Below are positions 45,545 to 59,218 of a stretch of DNA of 64,000 nucleotides, piece after piece. A program made the translations under genes and the position numbers. The notes under the pieces were generated by a model. The model was not told the origin of the DNA and ran no database searches. It was given only the letters and a program-made list of their open reading frames with translations. Origin of the DNA: Macrostomum hystrix (lineage: Eukaryota; Animalia; Platyhelminthes); assembly GCA_950097015.1 (NCBI GenBank), contig CATNEN010000014.1, positions 1,612,001 through 1,676,000 on the forward strand, written 5' to 3'. Position 1 is the first letter of the stretch. Every line of letters begins with the position of its first letter.

Positions 45545-47512
45545 TCACTATCGGTCTCTTGGTCCCAGATGATGAGTTTTTCAGCGAGATCGTGGTGTCA
45601 GACCATGACGGAACCGAGCTTTGATCAGGGGCTTTGCTTCAGTGAGCCAATCTGGTGTAGGACACTAGTCTGCTTCAGTGAGCCAATCTGGTGTAGGACA
45701 CTAGTCTGTCAAAGACTGACATAGACTTGTTGCTGGTCTGGGCTGCGGCTACCAGTTCCACATATTCTTTGTCCTTCTGCTTGGCGTCAGTGTACCTATC
45801 CTTGAGCACACCGAGAGCAGTCTCAAAAGGCATCTGGTCGCCGGTGAATGATCAGGTATGACATCAGTTGGGCCTCCCAGGAGTCGAACTTCATTTTCGG
45901 CTGATAAGCCGGTGGAGGGCGGAGCTTAGTCATACCAGACAGCGACGGCGACGGCGAGTAATGAGAGTATTAGGAGGACTGGCAAGGTGCTCCTCCAGCA
46001 TCCTATGAAGGATGCCAAGGTCTGGGCGAGCATGACCTGCTTGTTAAAACAATGGGCAGCGGCGGCAGCTTCGCCAGCATGCTCTGGGAATTTGGATTCG
46101 GTGGATGCCGACACTGCGGCGTTTCCACCGCCCGGTGGCGCCATGACCTGGTTTTCCCCGTTGTCTGACATGGTGTCGCAACGGCAGACAGCAAGAGCAA
46201 CCACAGGGAGAGGCCTGTGTCAGGCAGTTGGAACAGAATGGAGTGAAAGCAGAATCAAGCTAAATCGAAGTGATGCCGAGGATTGCGGGTGTGTAGGGCG
46301 AGATGGCGAGGGAAGGTGAGTTTAATACTTGCCTGACTGGGGCAAACCACACAAATCCTCCTACAGGGGAGAATCCTATCACGCAAATCCCTAAGCTAAC
46401 AGTCAGGCGATAGTCCCTGCAAATAATTTTACACAGCGGGACAACCTGGCACTGCGGAATAGCTCAACGCCTTGTCGACAGCTGACGGTGACCGGACTGC
46501 TTGCTCGGCGCGGTACACTCGCTCGCCACGGATCTTCGGACCGGGGCCGGACTCTTTAAGAGTCACGCAGTCGAGCCCACCTTGATGTAGCATACCCGAA
46601 ACCCACGGGCTGATCTCCTCTAGAGTCACGCAGTCGAGCCCACCTCGATATACTCGTAGCATACCCGAAACCCACGGGCTGAACTCCTCCAGAGTCACGC
46701 AGTCGAGCCCACACGATGATGCGGCAACAGCGGTGCTCACACCCATGGCACGATGATGGCCGCTGGTCTCGCAGTTGGAAGCCGACAGTGCAGAGCAGAG
46801 CCTCGGTGGGGCCTCCAAAATTTATGTGACGATGAGTTCCGGCTGTGCTGGATTGGCAATGGCAAATTGACTTACCATTTATATCGTTATAACAGAGATA
46901 TAACTTTTCTACAGCACTAAGTAAAGTGCTGTAGCGGTATCTCTAAGTTTGTATTTGTAGATTTCATTTGCTCTGCTGGTGACGATATTGTATTTGTACA
47001 CGGCGAACAAGGTCGGGTTGCAACGCAGATGGGGGGCGTGACTGGTCAATGAATGGCAGTGGCATTAGTAGACGAACAGATCGTTGCAATGATGGATTTA
47101 CAGATAGTGGCAGTGGTGGACTAACAAATAGTAGCTATTGTGACTAACTCAGGAGAACAGGTGGCGAGTCTTGGCAGGCAGAGCAGCGCAGGGCGAAGCG
47201 GCAGTGGAAGAGCTCGCTCGGGCGGGGATCGGCAATAAATAGGCCGGCGCAAATTTTAACAAAATGTATACTGCAGAAAATGATTGGCTAGAAAATGAAC
47301 AGCCAGTTGAACTTTGCAGATGAGCGTGGACGATTGGCATGAGCGATTGGCTGAGAAGAAAGTAATCATCACGGGTGGCGCAAGGGACTCAATGTACGTT
47401 GACGACTACTTCCAGTAGCAATCTAAGAAGTAAACGGTATTTGCAAAAATTGGGACAGCGTTACATTAATTTAAATTTCATAGCGCCTACTGCAGGAAGT
47501 GACAACGTCACG
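45545..47512 (-). mobile_element. Truncated LTR retrotransposon: 5' LTR (~46825-47512), PBS, leader and decayed gag
   Basis: PBS TGGAGGCCCCACCGAG at ~46802-46817 next to GTCACA. LTR has CCAAT and TATTTA. Gag-like KLRPPPAYQPKMKFDSWEAQL and MPFETALGVLKDRY occur in broken frames. Confidence 0.65.
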
Positions 47513-49424
47513 TTAAGAAAAATATGTACCTCAGTTAAAGCATTATTTGAGTAAATTATATAGTGTATTATGATATAGTATAGTATACACTATGACAAAG
47601 TTGTTTAAGATACTTCAAGCGGAGTTATAAATATACGAGCGTAATATCTTTTCAAAATAAATAAATTTATTTATAATAAATTTTATTAAAAGTACATATC
47701 TAAATAAGACGTACGAGTATGACTCGAACCTGGGCCACTCTCAACACAGGCAGACACCGCTGAGTTTCAGAAGTTGTTGGCATTAACTGCGACATCCGCA
47801 TATTAGTATGCAATTCTCAATAGAAACTTCCTCTTTAGCATCATTTTAGCATCAAGACACGAGTTATTTTGCATTGGCGACACACGTATATATCTAACAG
47901 CCTTAGTGGTACGTTTTTGGAAATTAGACACTTAAACGCACATTTAAACATCACTTTCACGTCTATACGACTGATCTAACGAAATCTAGAGCTAGAAGTT
48001 GTGCCATTTTACTAAAAACTATACCGTTTTTTTCTTTAGAGTTAAGTAAAGTTGTATTTGTCCTAGCACTTTCACGTACGTGATAGTTCAGCTATTTGAG
48101 CATCGAATAAAAAAATCTCAAAAATCGTTGCGCAAAAAAATAATTCGGCTTTAAAACTTCTACCCCCTGTTTTGTACATTTTATAAGTTACATATGAAAA
48201 GTACCTGTTAGAAATGGTCATCCACTCAAGTGCTTGGCGTCGTTGGAAAGACCATTTGACACCAAACTCAAAATAATTGGGTCCCTTTTCTATAAAATCT
48301 TAACACAACGTCTGTTTAAGAAGAGAGACCCTCGCCTCAAATTTATCTGGATTTTGAGTCGCTGCTCAGCCACCGTTCGATTTGAAGACTAAAAAGTGTA
48401 CTCGATTGTGCTACCGTGTTTGACACAAGGCTATGAAGGTCCCATGTCAGCAGCTGAGGGAGTGACTGAACGAGGGCTGAGGAATAAGGACATACTATGC
48501 TACATAAGGATATACTATGCTACATAACTTACTAGGCTAGTAATGAAGTCGGTGACTTATTACGGGATGAGTGAGCCGTGATGCATATCGATCAAAGTAC
48601 TGACTACTGATAAAGACTTATTAAAGACTCTGACTGAGACTGACCCCTGCCCTTTTGTTCTCTCTCCTAGACCCGCCATAAATCCCTTGGCGTTCAGTGA
48701 TTTTTCAAACTTTCAATAAAGAGAGGGGGCGCAGTGTCTTTAATCATTCGTCCAACTTTCTTAATTATCAATCCCGCTATATCAAAGTCTAAATTTCTAT
48801 TGTCTAAAGTATGGCCCATTTCAATAAACCATACATTTTAACAACGCAAAGGAAAGGGAAGGGACCCAGCACAGCACAGCTTGGCCCCAGCTAATGTACG
48901 AGTACACTCAAACCCCAATAGACAGAAATCTCGTCCCCACAAAAAACACTGACAAATGCATGGAGGGCTGTAGCCTGTGTACTTTAAGTGAAGCTTCAAG
49001 CCTTCAACAAATAAAATTTCGGTTTCGATTTTCATGTGATGCAAAAAAGTTGATCGCAAAAACAGGATGATCTTTCACTAATTACTGCTTACGAGTACTT
49101 CATATTCATACTTCATCAGATAATTAAACTTTCCAAGACTAAAGCAACATATTCATTTCAATGCTGGGCACACAATTTATATGCGAAACTTACATACATG
49201 CGAATCATGCGATGCGATTACTTATCCATTTTAGCACAATTTTCACTCAAGGTTGCATTATTTGTGTGCATGAAAAAAAATCTCATTTTATAAATGAAAA
49301 TCAATACTGTACATCTGAAATGTGATGCACAGCTTCAAGTGACATGTCATTGTCTTGGAAACATCTAGACGCATCTATTGAAACCATTTTCAATGACATT
49401 GGGGCAAAGAACAACATTTTATTT

Positions 49425-50750
49425 GAGTAAATCCGAAAATGCAGCTTCTCTTAAAAGTACTGCATCGTGTACTGTCACTCAATCAATGTTTACAGGCAGG
49501 CATGGATGCTGTCCTTTTGAAGAGGGCTCTAAATGCTATCCAACGACACCAAACTTGATTCGAGAAATCGCACTACTAAAATCGTATGAGTAATCTTATG
49601 ATAAATTGGCATGGGCCCCGGGTGTCAAAATTGCTGTAATGTGCGTTCCATTTCGAAAAATCGAATTTTCCAACACTAATGCAGCTGCTCATCAGATGCA
49701 GAATAGTATTGGGTACAATTCGTCTCTGTACATCAAAAAAATTCGCAAGACCGTTTTTACAAAATTTACCTTTATAGGTTCGAAAAATTGCATGATTTTT
49801 CTAATTTCTACGAAAACAACACGTTTTCCAACTGCAAATCAAGCTTTAGCATCTTGAATGTGACGCTGACTTTAAGTTGACATGTCATTCTCTTTCAAAC
49901 ATCCACATGCGTCTATTGACACCATTTGCAGTTCAATACGACAAAGTGCACTATCGTAGGGGCGGAAATGGCAAACCTTTTCTCTCATACGTACACCTGT
50001 ACAGGTACATATCTTAGTACAGATGGCCAACTACTGAATGTGTGTACACGAGTCTAGTATCAAATGAAAGAGGGTCTTAAATGCAATTCAGCAACGGTAA
50101 GTGCAACACCAACGGATGCAGTAATCAAAAGTTATGACTGATCCTGTTTTGAATGTTTTAGCTCCCCGGGGGGTCAAAATTTGGGATTTTCGCATCCACC
50201 ATCGGGGCAAGTGGATGATTAGAAAATTCGAGATATACATTTTGTGCGCACATCTGTTGCGCTTCTAAAAACTGAAACCGCATTCGAATCACACACCAAA
50301 TACGTTCTGGCCATGCAGTTTTGTACCTCGAAAAATGCAAAAATTTGCAAAATTATCAAAAAATCACGTTTTTTTACTTGAAATGTTAATACCGTTAATC
50401 ATATGCCTCGCACTGCTTCCGTTGACAGAGCAAATATTTATAGGACATCTGTACCTTGAAAAATGACTAAAAATGACCAAAATCACGTTTTTAGGATTTA
50501 ATTACCCACATCTTCGGTAAACAACATTCAATCAGTCTGAAACCAACATTTTCGTACGTATAGGCGACACCCAAGAAAGTTGGTTGACATGTGTTGAAAT
50601 GCGATTCAAGTCACATGTCTGTGTCATAGAGGCGTCCAAAGTGCACCCTGTACTAAAAGTACTTTAAAAGTGCACATTTATTTCAATCACAAAAGTACAC
50701 GGTCAAAAAATTTCTCCACCATCAAGTAGGCCTATGTGTTAGGGTTACGA
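49425..50750 (+). repeat. ~1.3-kb dispersed element, copy B
   Basis: Colinear with 9913-11131, with an extra internal segment near 50340-50470. Confidence 0.88.
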
Positions 50751-50920
50751 TCCCGCACTGTCTATGGCACAAACGCTGCAGAATTTATGCTCTTAGCCTC
50801 GGCAGGCAGTCGTACAAACTACTTTTGTTGCACTCGCTCTGAAGTTTCGTTTGTATGCGCAGATCAGTAACTCTGCGAACATGGAATAGTTTTTTCTGTC
50901 CCTAGACAGTGCCTGAGATC

Positions 50921-51392
50921 TGGCACTAGACCTCAGATCTGACACTAGAACTCAGATCTGACACTAGAACTCAGATCTGACACTAGAACTCAGATCTGAC
51001 ACTAGAACTCAGATCTGACACTAGAACTCAGATCTGAAACTAGAACTCAGATCTGACACTAGAACTCAGATCTGACACTAGAACTCAGATCTGAAACTAG
51101 AACTCAGATCTGACACTAGAACTCAGATCTGACACTAGAACTCAGATCTGACACTAGAACTCAGATCTGACACTAGAACTCAGATCTGACACTAGAACTC
51201 AGATCTGACACTAGAACTCAGATCTGACACTAGAACTCAGATCTGACACTAGAACTCAGATCTGACACTAGAACTCAGATCTGACACTAGAACTCAGATC
51301 TGACACTAGAACTCAGATCTGACACTAGAACTCAGATCTGACACTAGAACTCAGATCTGACACTAGAACTCAGATCTGACACTAGAACTCAG
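50921..51392. repeat. 19-bp minisatellite, ~25 near-perfect copies, containing the palindrome TCAGATCTGA
   Basis: Unit tcagatctgacactagaac. Confidence 0.97.
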
Positions 51393-51554
51393 ACGGAAAT
51401 TACCGTTCACTAATTACTTGTCAAGCCTGTAGTTTGTAGATTGAGGGCTTCCTGGACACTTATGTTTTCGCATACCTGAGCAACCGAACACTTTTCCTGG
51501 AAGTCTCGGCCAAGTTCACACCGCATGACAAGTGCTGCGAGGGTCGCAAACCCT

Positions 51555-52200
51555 ACGATAATTCATGCTTTATGCAACTCCGTGGATAAATCATGCTTCC
51601 TCCTCGATAGTTCATGCATCCCTCTTGATAATTCATGCTTTCCCCCGATAATTCATGCGACCCTCTCAATTATTCATGCTTATCCCTCGATACTTTTGGT
51701 AACCGCTTTGATAGTTTATGACTTCCCCTCAATAATTCATGCTTCCCATAGATAATTTCTGCTATTCAGTCGATAATTCATGCTTCCCATAGATAATTTC
51801 TGCTATTCAGTCGATAATTCATGCTTCGTCATGGTCCCTCGACAAAGCAGGCTACCCTCTCGACAAATCTTGCTACCCCTCGATAATTTATGCTACCCCC
51901 ACTAGAAATCATGCTACTCTCAACATTTGATGAAGTTCCCTCAAAAGTACTTGCTGTTCCCTCGATAATGCATGAAACAACCTTAAGTAATCAAGCTATT
52001 CTTGATTACTAGGGGAGAAGTAAATAACGCTCTGAAGCCCTGACAAACATGCAAAAATCATTTAAATTTTCAATCACAATTTTATACTTATCTTTTCTTG
52101 AGATATCTCCTTAATAAATCGTGCTGTCTCCCGGATAATTCATGCTTCCCCTTAATAGTTCATGCTAACCCCCTTGATAATTCATACCTTAATAATAATT
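51555..52200. repeat. Degenerate ~22-23-bp repeat (gataattcatgct core)
   Basis: Core recurs many times. Similar degenerate units at ~58195-58360. Confidence 0.75.
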
Positions 52201-52299
52201 GCAGGAGGGCTGTGGGCTATTGCACATCATCTGGTGACACTAGACCCTCAGCCAGCGGGAGGCAATTCTGCCCATTTCGCTGACTCCTGAGCACAAACG

Positions 52300-52546
52300 C
52301 ACACAGATACTGTACACAGGCATACACTCACACAGGTGTGTACATCTGCCCTGACTTTCTCATCGCCAGGCAGTGTACAATTAACTGTGCCTTGGAGGTT
52401 GGCCCTCAAGGGCGTAAATTGCACGACAAGCCCCCAAGCCTTCTCTCCGCGGCTGCGCCCCAAATAAATGTGGCCTCGCCGTGGAATCGAACTTAGGGAC
52501 CGTAGTGCAAGAGGCAAACGCGATAACCGCTCTTCCACCGACCCCC
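52300..52546 (-). mobile_element. tRNA-derived SINE-like element
   Basis: Minus-strand head has A box GGTGGAAGAGCGG and B box GTTCGATTCC, with no full cloverleaf. Partial second copy at ~59041-59096. Confidence 0.6.
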
Positions 52547-52985
52547 GTTTACTTAAGTAAGTTGAGACGGTCTATTTGAGTAGGCTGAGACTCTTCATTT
52601 CAGTATTTCCCTGCAATCTTTATGAATATTAGGTTTTATTCATTCAGGGATCACCTGAGGGGCACTGCCATTTTGTGAGCCGATGGTCACCAGGGGCTAG
52701 CGAAATGTGCGGTTCCTCCGCCTCCTCGCTGCGTCTGCCGGTCGGGCGCACCCTGCAGCTCAGTCAAGAACGGCAGGCTGCGACTAACTCTCTAGCTGAC
52801 GGACAGCTGACTAAAATATAAGCTTCTGTAAACATTTAATTTCTTATTAATTAAAAACAGGAATCCGTATATGAAAAGACAAAAAAACAGTCACGCAGCT
52901 GGAGTTCGCGTAAAAGGCTGCATTCCTTATCTCAATTTCTATTTACAAAAGAGAATGCTGCATTGAAAGGCACAGTTTTTAGAAA

Positions 52986-53338
52986 GATATTTTTGCATGC
53001 GTTAAGCAAAAATCAATATAAAATTATTTTACTCGAATAGCTGGTGGAGTCTTCAACAGAAATTTAGATAGAAGTCGAAGTGAAAAAAACTTACCGAAGT
53101 CAGTTTGCGCATTCAACAGGACTAGGCAGCCCACACATGTAAAATTCGGCATTCCTTGCCTTTAATTTCTGTTTACAAAATAATGCTGCTTTTTATGAAT
53201 AGTGAAAAGTGAAAAAAAAAGAAATTTTCTTGCATACGTTAAGCAAATAATCAAGCAACCAAGCAACATAGGGATTCCTACCCAAAACAATTTTTAGGAA
53301 ACTTTAAAACCTGTCTGGTACTCATGCCAGCTCTACTC
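52986..53338 (+). repeat. Dispersed repeat, copy B (of 6700-7052)
   Basis: Colinear near-identity. Confidence 0.9.
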
Positions 53339-54543
53339 AGCACTCTCTTTTCACTTCTCTCGCGTGTCGCAAAAGACAAGAAACATTTTGAGAGGAGAGT
53401 GGTGGGCGCGAAGAGGAATAATATCCCTCGCGGCCGGTAGAGAAGGCAATGGATGGTCTTGAATTGGGTGGGCGAACTTTGATGGCATATTAGCACGGTG
53501 TTTTAAATTGCGCTTCACGGTAAAATCTGAATTGAAAATGCAGTCATAATTTTCGGGTAACTTTTTCCGCAAATTTCCGAAAAGTTTTGTTTCTTCAGGG
53601 CTTTCACTTTTAAGAAAGAGAACGAAATTCGCTCGTTATTTTTTAACAGTCGCCACCAGCTCAAAATATCAAATATCAAAATATAACCAGCTCACAACAA
53701 AGAGCAGTGTTGTCTATGGAGAAACTTAACTTGTGGCTACACAAAAATCAGTGCTGGAATGCTGTTGCGGCATTCCTGCACCCCATGGAACGAATGTATT
53801 TAATCATAAAGAAACATAGAACAAGAATAAAATTGCAAAGTGACGATAAATTCAAAGTAGTAACGCTCAGGTCACTTGAGTCTGCATGAAGTCAATATTG
53901 GAGCGTAGTAGACTGCATCACATATCACTCAAATGCAAACTCCACTACGTTGCGTTCGCCGATAGCTATGCGATCTTCATGCGCTTTGTTAAGGCAGTAG
54001 AAACCGTCACAGTGGATCAGTGGATGCGCCGGCGCTTGGCGCTGTTGTAATGACAGGCTGGTTACCAGTAGAAACCGCGGTGTCAAAGCAGTCTCACTGC
54101 CACCGAACTACACGTTGTCGCTGTCAGTCAGGGCACGTGAACAACCGTTGTGAAACCGCTTACAGAGCAGTAGTTCAAGTGAATTAGTGGAGGTGCTATG
54201 GTGGAGTTAATAATTTGTTAGGCGAGCGTATTGATAAGAAACTTCTTAACTAGATGTGCATAGCTGTGTCAACACCACAGGCGAAAGTGCGAATTTATAA
54301 ATAGATTACATCACACAGCTTTTCTCGCCCGTTTGTGTGTGTGTGTGTGTGTGTGTGTTTGATTTGAACACGTATAATGTGCATGGCAGACTTCAATTCA
54401 ATGATAAATTGCTAAATGCCAGCGAGACATATACTCCTTCCTTAATTACTACAACTTATATAAACCATCCAATTTTGTTTCAATTTCAATCGGTAAATGC
54501 GTCCAAAAGTTTTCTTAATATGTCCAACCATTTTCTTTATGTG

Positions 54544-55075
54544 TCCAAAGGTTTTCTAAATGTGTCCAAAGGTTTTCTAAATGTGTCCAACAGTTTTATA
54601 AATGTGACCAACAGTTTTATAAATGTGACCAACAGTTTTATAAATGTGGCCAACAGTTTTATAAACGTGTCCAACAGTTTTATAAATGTGACCAACAGTT
54701 TTATAAATGTGTCCAACAGTTTTATAAATGTGACCAAAAGTTTTATAAATGTGACCAACAGTTTTATAAATGTGGCCAACAGTTTTATAACCGTGTCCAA
54801 CAGTTTTATAAATGTGGCCAACAGTTTTATAAATGTGTCCAACAGTTTTATAAATGTGACCAACAGTTTTATAAATGTGTCCAACAGTTTTATAAATGTG
54901 TCTAACAGTTTTATAAATGTGACCAACAGTTTTATAAATTTGTCCAACAGTTTTATAAATGTGACCAACAGTTTTATAAACGTGTCCAACAGTTTTATAA
55001 ATGTGACCAAAAGTTTTATAAATGTGTCCAAGAGTTTTATAAATGTGACCAACAGTTTTATAAATGTGACTAACA
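54544..55075. repeat. 21-bp minisatellite, ~25 copies
   Basis: Unit aatgtgaccaacagttttata. Confidence 0.97.
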
Positions 55076-55619
55076 TTTTGAAAGCATAATAATTCAAAGG
55101 AAAACATGAAATAAAATATAATAGCGCAAGATATCAACGGATGGCGTACATGAGATAACAAGAAAATTCATGTAATTTTTGGGGTTAGGCATTAGATACA
55201 TAAGGAATATCTTGATTTCTTGAAGAGATAGCATGGATTTCCAGGATTTCCGGGAACAAACGGAATACTTCAAGGGTGTCGAGTTAGACTATAAACTAAG
55301 TTAAATGAGAATAAGTAAGTTATGTATTATTTGCCTTTGAACAGAAAAGAGCGAGAGATCGTCTCATGGCTGCGCGGGACCTGTTTGAGCGGGCTGCAAC
55401 GAGGGCCATAGACCAAACAAATAGCACAGTAAATAACGATAGAAGAAAAGGACACAGATGGATTAAAGAGCTGGTTGAACTGAGAAATTAAAAGACCGGA
55501 AAACAAGTGCGATAAATGGAGGATGAAATCCGACACGCTCTGGGGGCGTCATAGCAGATAAAAGTGCAAAAGTCGAAGCATTTAGTGGATTTTAGTAATT
55601 TTTGTTGTACGTCTAGACA

Positions 55620-57240
55620 ACATCACGTTAGTATCAAAGATGCCATCACGGATTTTTTATGACGGAGGGCCCGGCAGTCGCGGTCTGATTGTCTGATCGA
55701 CGAGTCGGCAGATGGGTCGTTAAACAGGTTGTCGTTCGAACCGGACGAGTGGACAGGCTGCAACTGGGTCAGCGGCCGGGCTCCTGGGCGGGGCAGGCAG
55801 CTGAGCCGGTGGGTTAACCAGCGGCTTGGTGGGAGGACGATTCGTTGAGTTGGCAAGCGTCGACATCGGACTCCAGGGGAACTAGATGACTAGATGACTA
55901 GGGGCATAGACCGGCGGACCATGTGACCGGAAGCGGTGCGGAGGGTGACGTATCGGATGACGCGAGCGGGATCTGGGTAGAGTTGGACGATCCGACACAG
56001 CCTCCAGGTGGCCTGACGCGTCGGCTCGGCGAGGAGGCAAGCCTGGCCGGGCTGAAGATTTTGGGTGGGAGATCGCGTTTTGTTGCGGCGTCGTTTCTGC
56101 AGATGGACCGAGCGTAGATGGCTGAGGTATTCACGGCTCCATCGGTTCCAGAATTCGTTCAGGATGGTTTCACGACGGCGGTGGAGGGCTCGAAGACGGT
56201 CAGCGGTTGGGGAGCCAGCATGGAGGAGCTTGTCGTTGAGGGCCGGAAGCATGTGGTGAGGACCGACACAGAGGAGTTCAGCTGGAGTCAGCGGTGACGG
56301 GTCTGCTGGGTCGCTGGAGACGGTAGTTAGTGGCCGGCAATTGAGGATGGCTTTGATCTTGACGAGAAGAGTGTGGAGCTCCTCGTCTGAGATTTGCTTG
56401 CGCAAAAAGGCAGGACGTAGGCTGGACTTGTTTGAATAAACTGGAACGAGTTTGAATTCAAGGGGCCGTTGTGCGGCCATCGGTTGGAAGTCGGCGTGTG
56501 CAGCTTCCTCTAAAACGCGGTACCAATGTGGTTCGTCAGAAACTCGCTAGCTGCTTGAAAAGCAGTGGCCCGGTCCAGAGAGATGTGCATTTTGTGAGGC
56601 CGCGACGGCTCAAGAAGCGCTCGAATGCGTGAATGATATCGTTAGCGGAGTAGTCTTAGAGGACCTCGATGTGAACTGCGCGGGTCGTACAGCAGGTAAT
56701 GAGAAGGTGAAGACGGGACCAAGTTGGTCGACAAGCACAAATTAGCAAAAAGGCCGGCTTCGATTTTGAGGCGCTATTTGGGCAGTGGGCCGTGTGCTGG
56801 CAGCTGGTGTGGTGAACCTTTTGCAAGGCGACACTGGATGCAGCTGGCGAGGGTGTCGCGGACAGTGAGGAGCCCTTTCGGGATCCAGTATTTCTCGCGG
56901 AGCATGGCGAGAACGTTAGAAGCACCGGCGTGGCAGTTTTCACGGTGGATGAGCAGGGCAAGTAGCCGTGTCAGGCGATGGTCGGGTTGCAGCAACAGCG
57001 GGTACTTGGAACCCTCGTCCATGGAGGCATTGGAAAAACGGCTACCAAGGCGAAGGAGACCGTCGGAGAGGTGCAGGTCCATCTGGGGGATCCGTAGCTG
57101 AATATCGGGTGAAAGGCGCTGCGCAGCTGAGCTCCGCTAAGGTGGCGGAAGTTCTCATGACGTTACAGCTGAATCCGCTGTTGACCAGCACGACGTTTAG
57201 CTTAGTGTGGTGCGAAGAAAACGTAAGGCCCCAGCCGGCC
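55620..57240 (-). mobile_element. Decayed BEL/Pao retrotransposon pol 3' end (integrase + DUF5641-like)
   Basis: KYPLLL, H..H.G...LREKYWI...C..C zinc motif, FERFLSRRG, ILNCRPLT, LTPAELL, FWNRWSREYL and WRLCRIVQLYP, in several frames. Confidence 0.9.
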
Positions 57241-57519
57241 AAGCATGCGTCATTTTATTAGAGCAAACCGGGGGGGTGGTGCAACTATCGATTGGCATAT
57301 CGACGTACATATCGCAAGCAGATAATTGGTTGGGCCAATGCACGCGGTTCTAGGCACAGCTAGCCAACATTCCGAGCACACATGTTAGATTAGAATATTA
57401 CACTATCCTATCCAAGATGCTAATCATGATTTTAAGCGAAAAAAGATAACCTCGCATTAAAGCCATGAAAAAAAAAATCAGAAAAAATATGCGACCTATT
57501 TTAACTTATTTCAAAACAT

Positions 57520-58195
57520 ATCCCATCAACCCAATTGACCATGCTAGCACTTTGATATATTTTAATATCCATTGACAAAGCTTGATAACCCCTCAACCCA
57601 ATAGACCATGCTAGCACTTTGATATATTTTAATATCCATTGACAAAGCTTGATATCCCCTCAACCCAATAGACCATGCTAGCACTTTGATATATTATAAT
57701 ATCCATTGACAAAGCTTGATATCCCCTCAACCCAATAGACCATGCTAGCACTTTGATATATTATAATATCCATTGACAAAGCTTGATATCCCCTCAACCC
57801 AATAGACCATGCTAGCACTTTGATATATTATAATATCCATCGACAGAGCTTGATATCCCATCAACCCAATAGACCATGCTAGCACTTTGATATATTTTAA
57901 TATCCATCGACAGAGCTTGATATCCCCTCAACCCAATAGACCATGCTAGCACTTTGATATATTATAATATCCATTGACAGAGCTTGATATCCCCTCAACC
58001 CAATAGACCATGCTAGCACTTTGATATATTATAATATCCATTGACAGAGCTTGATATCCCCTCAACCCAATAGACCATGCTAGCACTTTGATATATTATA
58101 ATATCCATTGACAAAGCTTGATATCCCATCAACCCAATAGACCATGCTAGCACTTTGATATATTATAATATCCATTGACAAAGCTGGATATCCCC
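57520..58195. repeat. 67-bp minisatellite, second array (~10 copies)
   Basis: Same unit and orientation as 5301-6034. Confidence 0.97.
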
Positions 58196-59040
58196 TCGAC
58201 ACTTTATGCTACCCCTCATTTTATGCTTCACCTCGATATTTCATGCTACCCCTTGATAATTCATACGATCCCACTCGTTATTAAATGCTTACCCTAGTTA
58301 ATAGATGCTTCCTAACTGATAATTCATGCTTCCTCCCTGATGATTTATCCTTCCTCGTTGATAACTACTGCTGTTTAACTTTAACATTTTTCATTATTTT
58401 TTCCTCTAAAGGGGTCTTGGTTGCTAGCAAATATGCAAAAAATGAAAATCTTGCTTGTTTCAAGGCTGAGCTGGCTTCTGTTATCAGTGCCGCACTGAGA
58501 GATCTATTAATTTCATTTGTTGAATTGCATTCAACTAGAATAGCACACTAAGAGGCTAAACGCTGGACGGGCTCACCTCCAGCTTCCTGACCATCTGTCT
58601 CCTCAGCTGCACTGGGAAGCTGGCCGAGCGCTAGGTGAAACTGGCGTTCTTCATCGAGAGCAACAACTGCCTGCATGCAAGCCGGCTTCCGAGGACCAAG
58701 GAACAGGTGGCGGCGCTACCAAGTACATCGCGGACCGCTTCGAGACGAAAAAGCCGGCGAACCGGACCGCTTCTCTGCTCGCGGACGTCTCCAAAGCGCA
58801 TGAACTCCACCTGTGGAGAGCCGCCCAGATCGCCAAGCTCCTACACAACTACACAAGGGCGTGTCAGTCTGCTTCATCTGCTGTGTCCGCGGTCTATTGA
58901 CGGACCGTAGAACCTACGTCCGCTGGTGCGGCGCGACGGACAGGATGCTGACTTTCTCTGACGGGCTTCCTCAGGGATCAGTTCCGCCGTAGCCGGCGCT
59001 GCCAACCTTGTTCGAGCGGGCGCTCCGGCAACGCCAGAAA

Positions 59041-59218
59041 ACTTAGGGACCGTGGTGCGAGAGGCAAACGCGATAACCGCTCTTCCACCGACCCCCATTC
59101 ACTTAAGTAAGTTAAGACGGTCTAATTGAGTGGGCTGAGACTCTTCATTTGAGTATTTCCCTCTAATCTTTATGAATATTAAGTTTTATTCATTCAGGGA
59201 TCCCTGAGGGGCACTGCC
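59041..59218 (+). repeat. Direct repeat of ~52491-52670 (SINE head plus flank)
   Basis: Shared sequence from acttagggaccgt to gaggggcactgcc. Confidence 0.85.

Noticed and set aside
45926-46204. 92-aa ORF with a hydrophobic C-terminus as a host membrane protein
   Set aside because: It lies between a PBS and gag-like frames, so it is more likely a frameshifted gag start or leader.
54337-55161. Three long overlapping ORFs (NVTNSFI / FIKLL / HIYKTVG)
   Set aside because: These are stop-free frames of a 21-bp minisatellite.
55277-55535. Possible 3' LTR of the BEL/Pao remnant (TGTCG...CGACA)
   Set aside because: No polypurine tract or TSD was found, and a 5-bp inverted match is too weak.
58590-59040. 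GC-rich coding-like segment (KYIADRFETKKPANR...)
   Set aside because: It is frameshifted, has no recognisable family and abuts a SINE copy, so no gene call can be supported.
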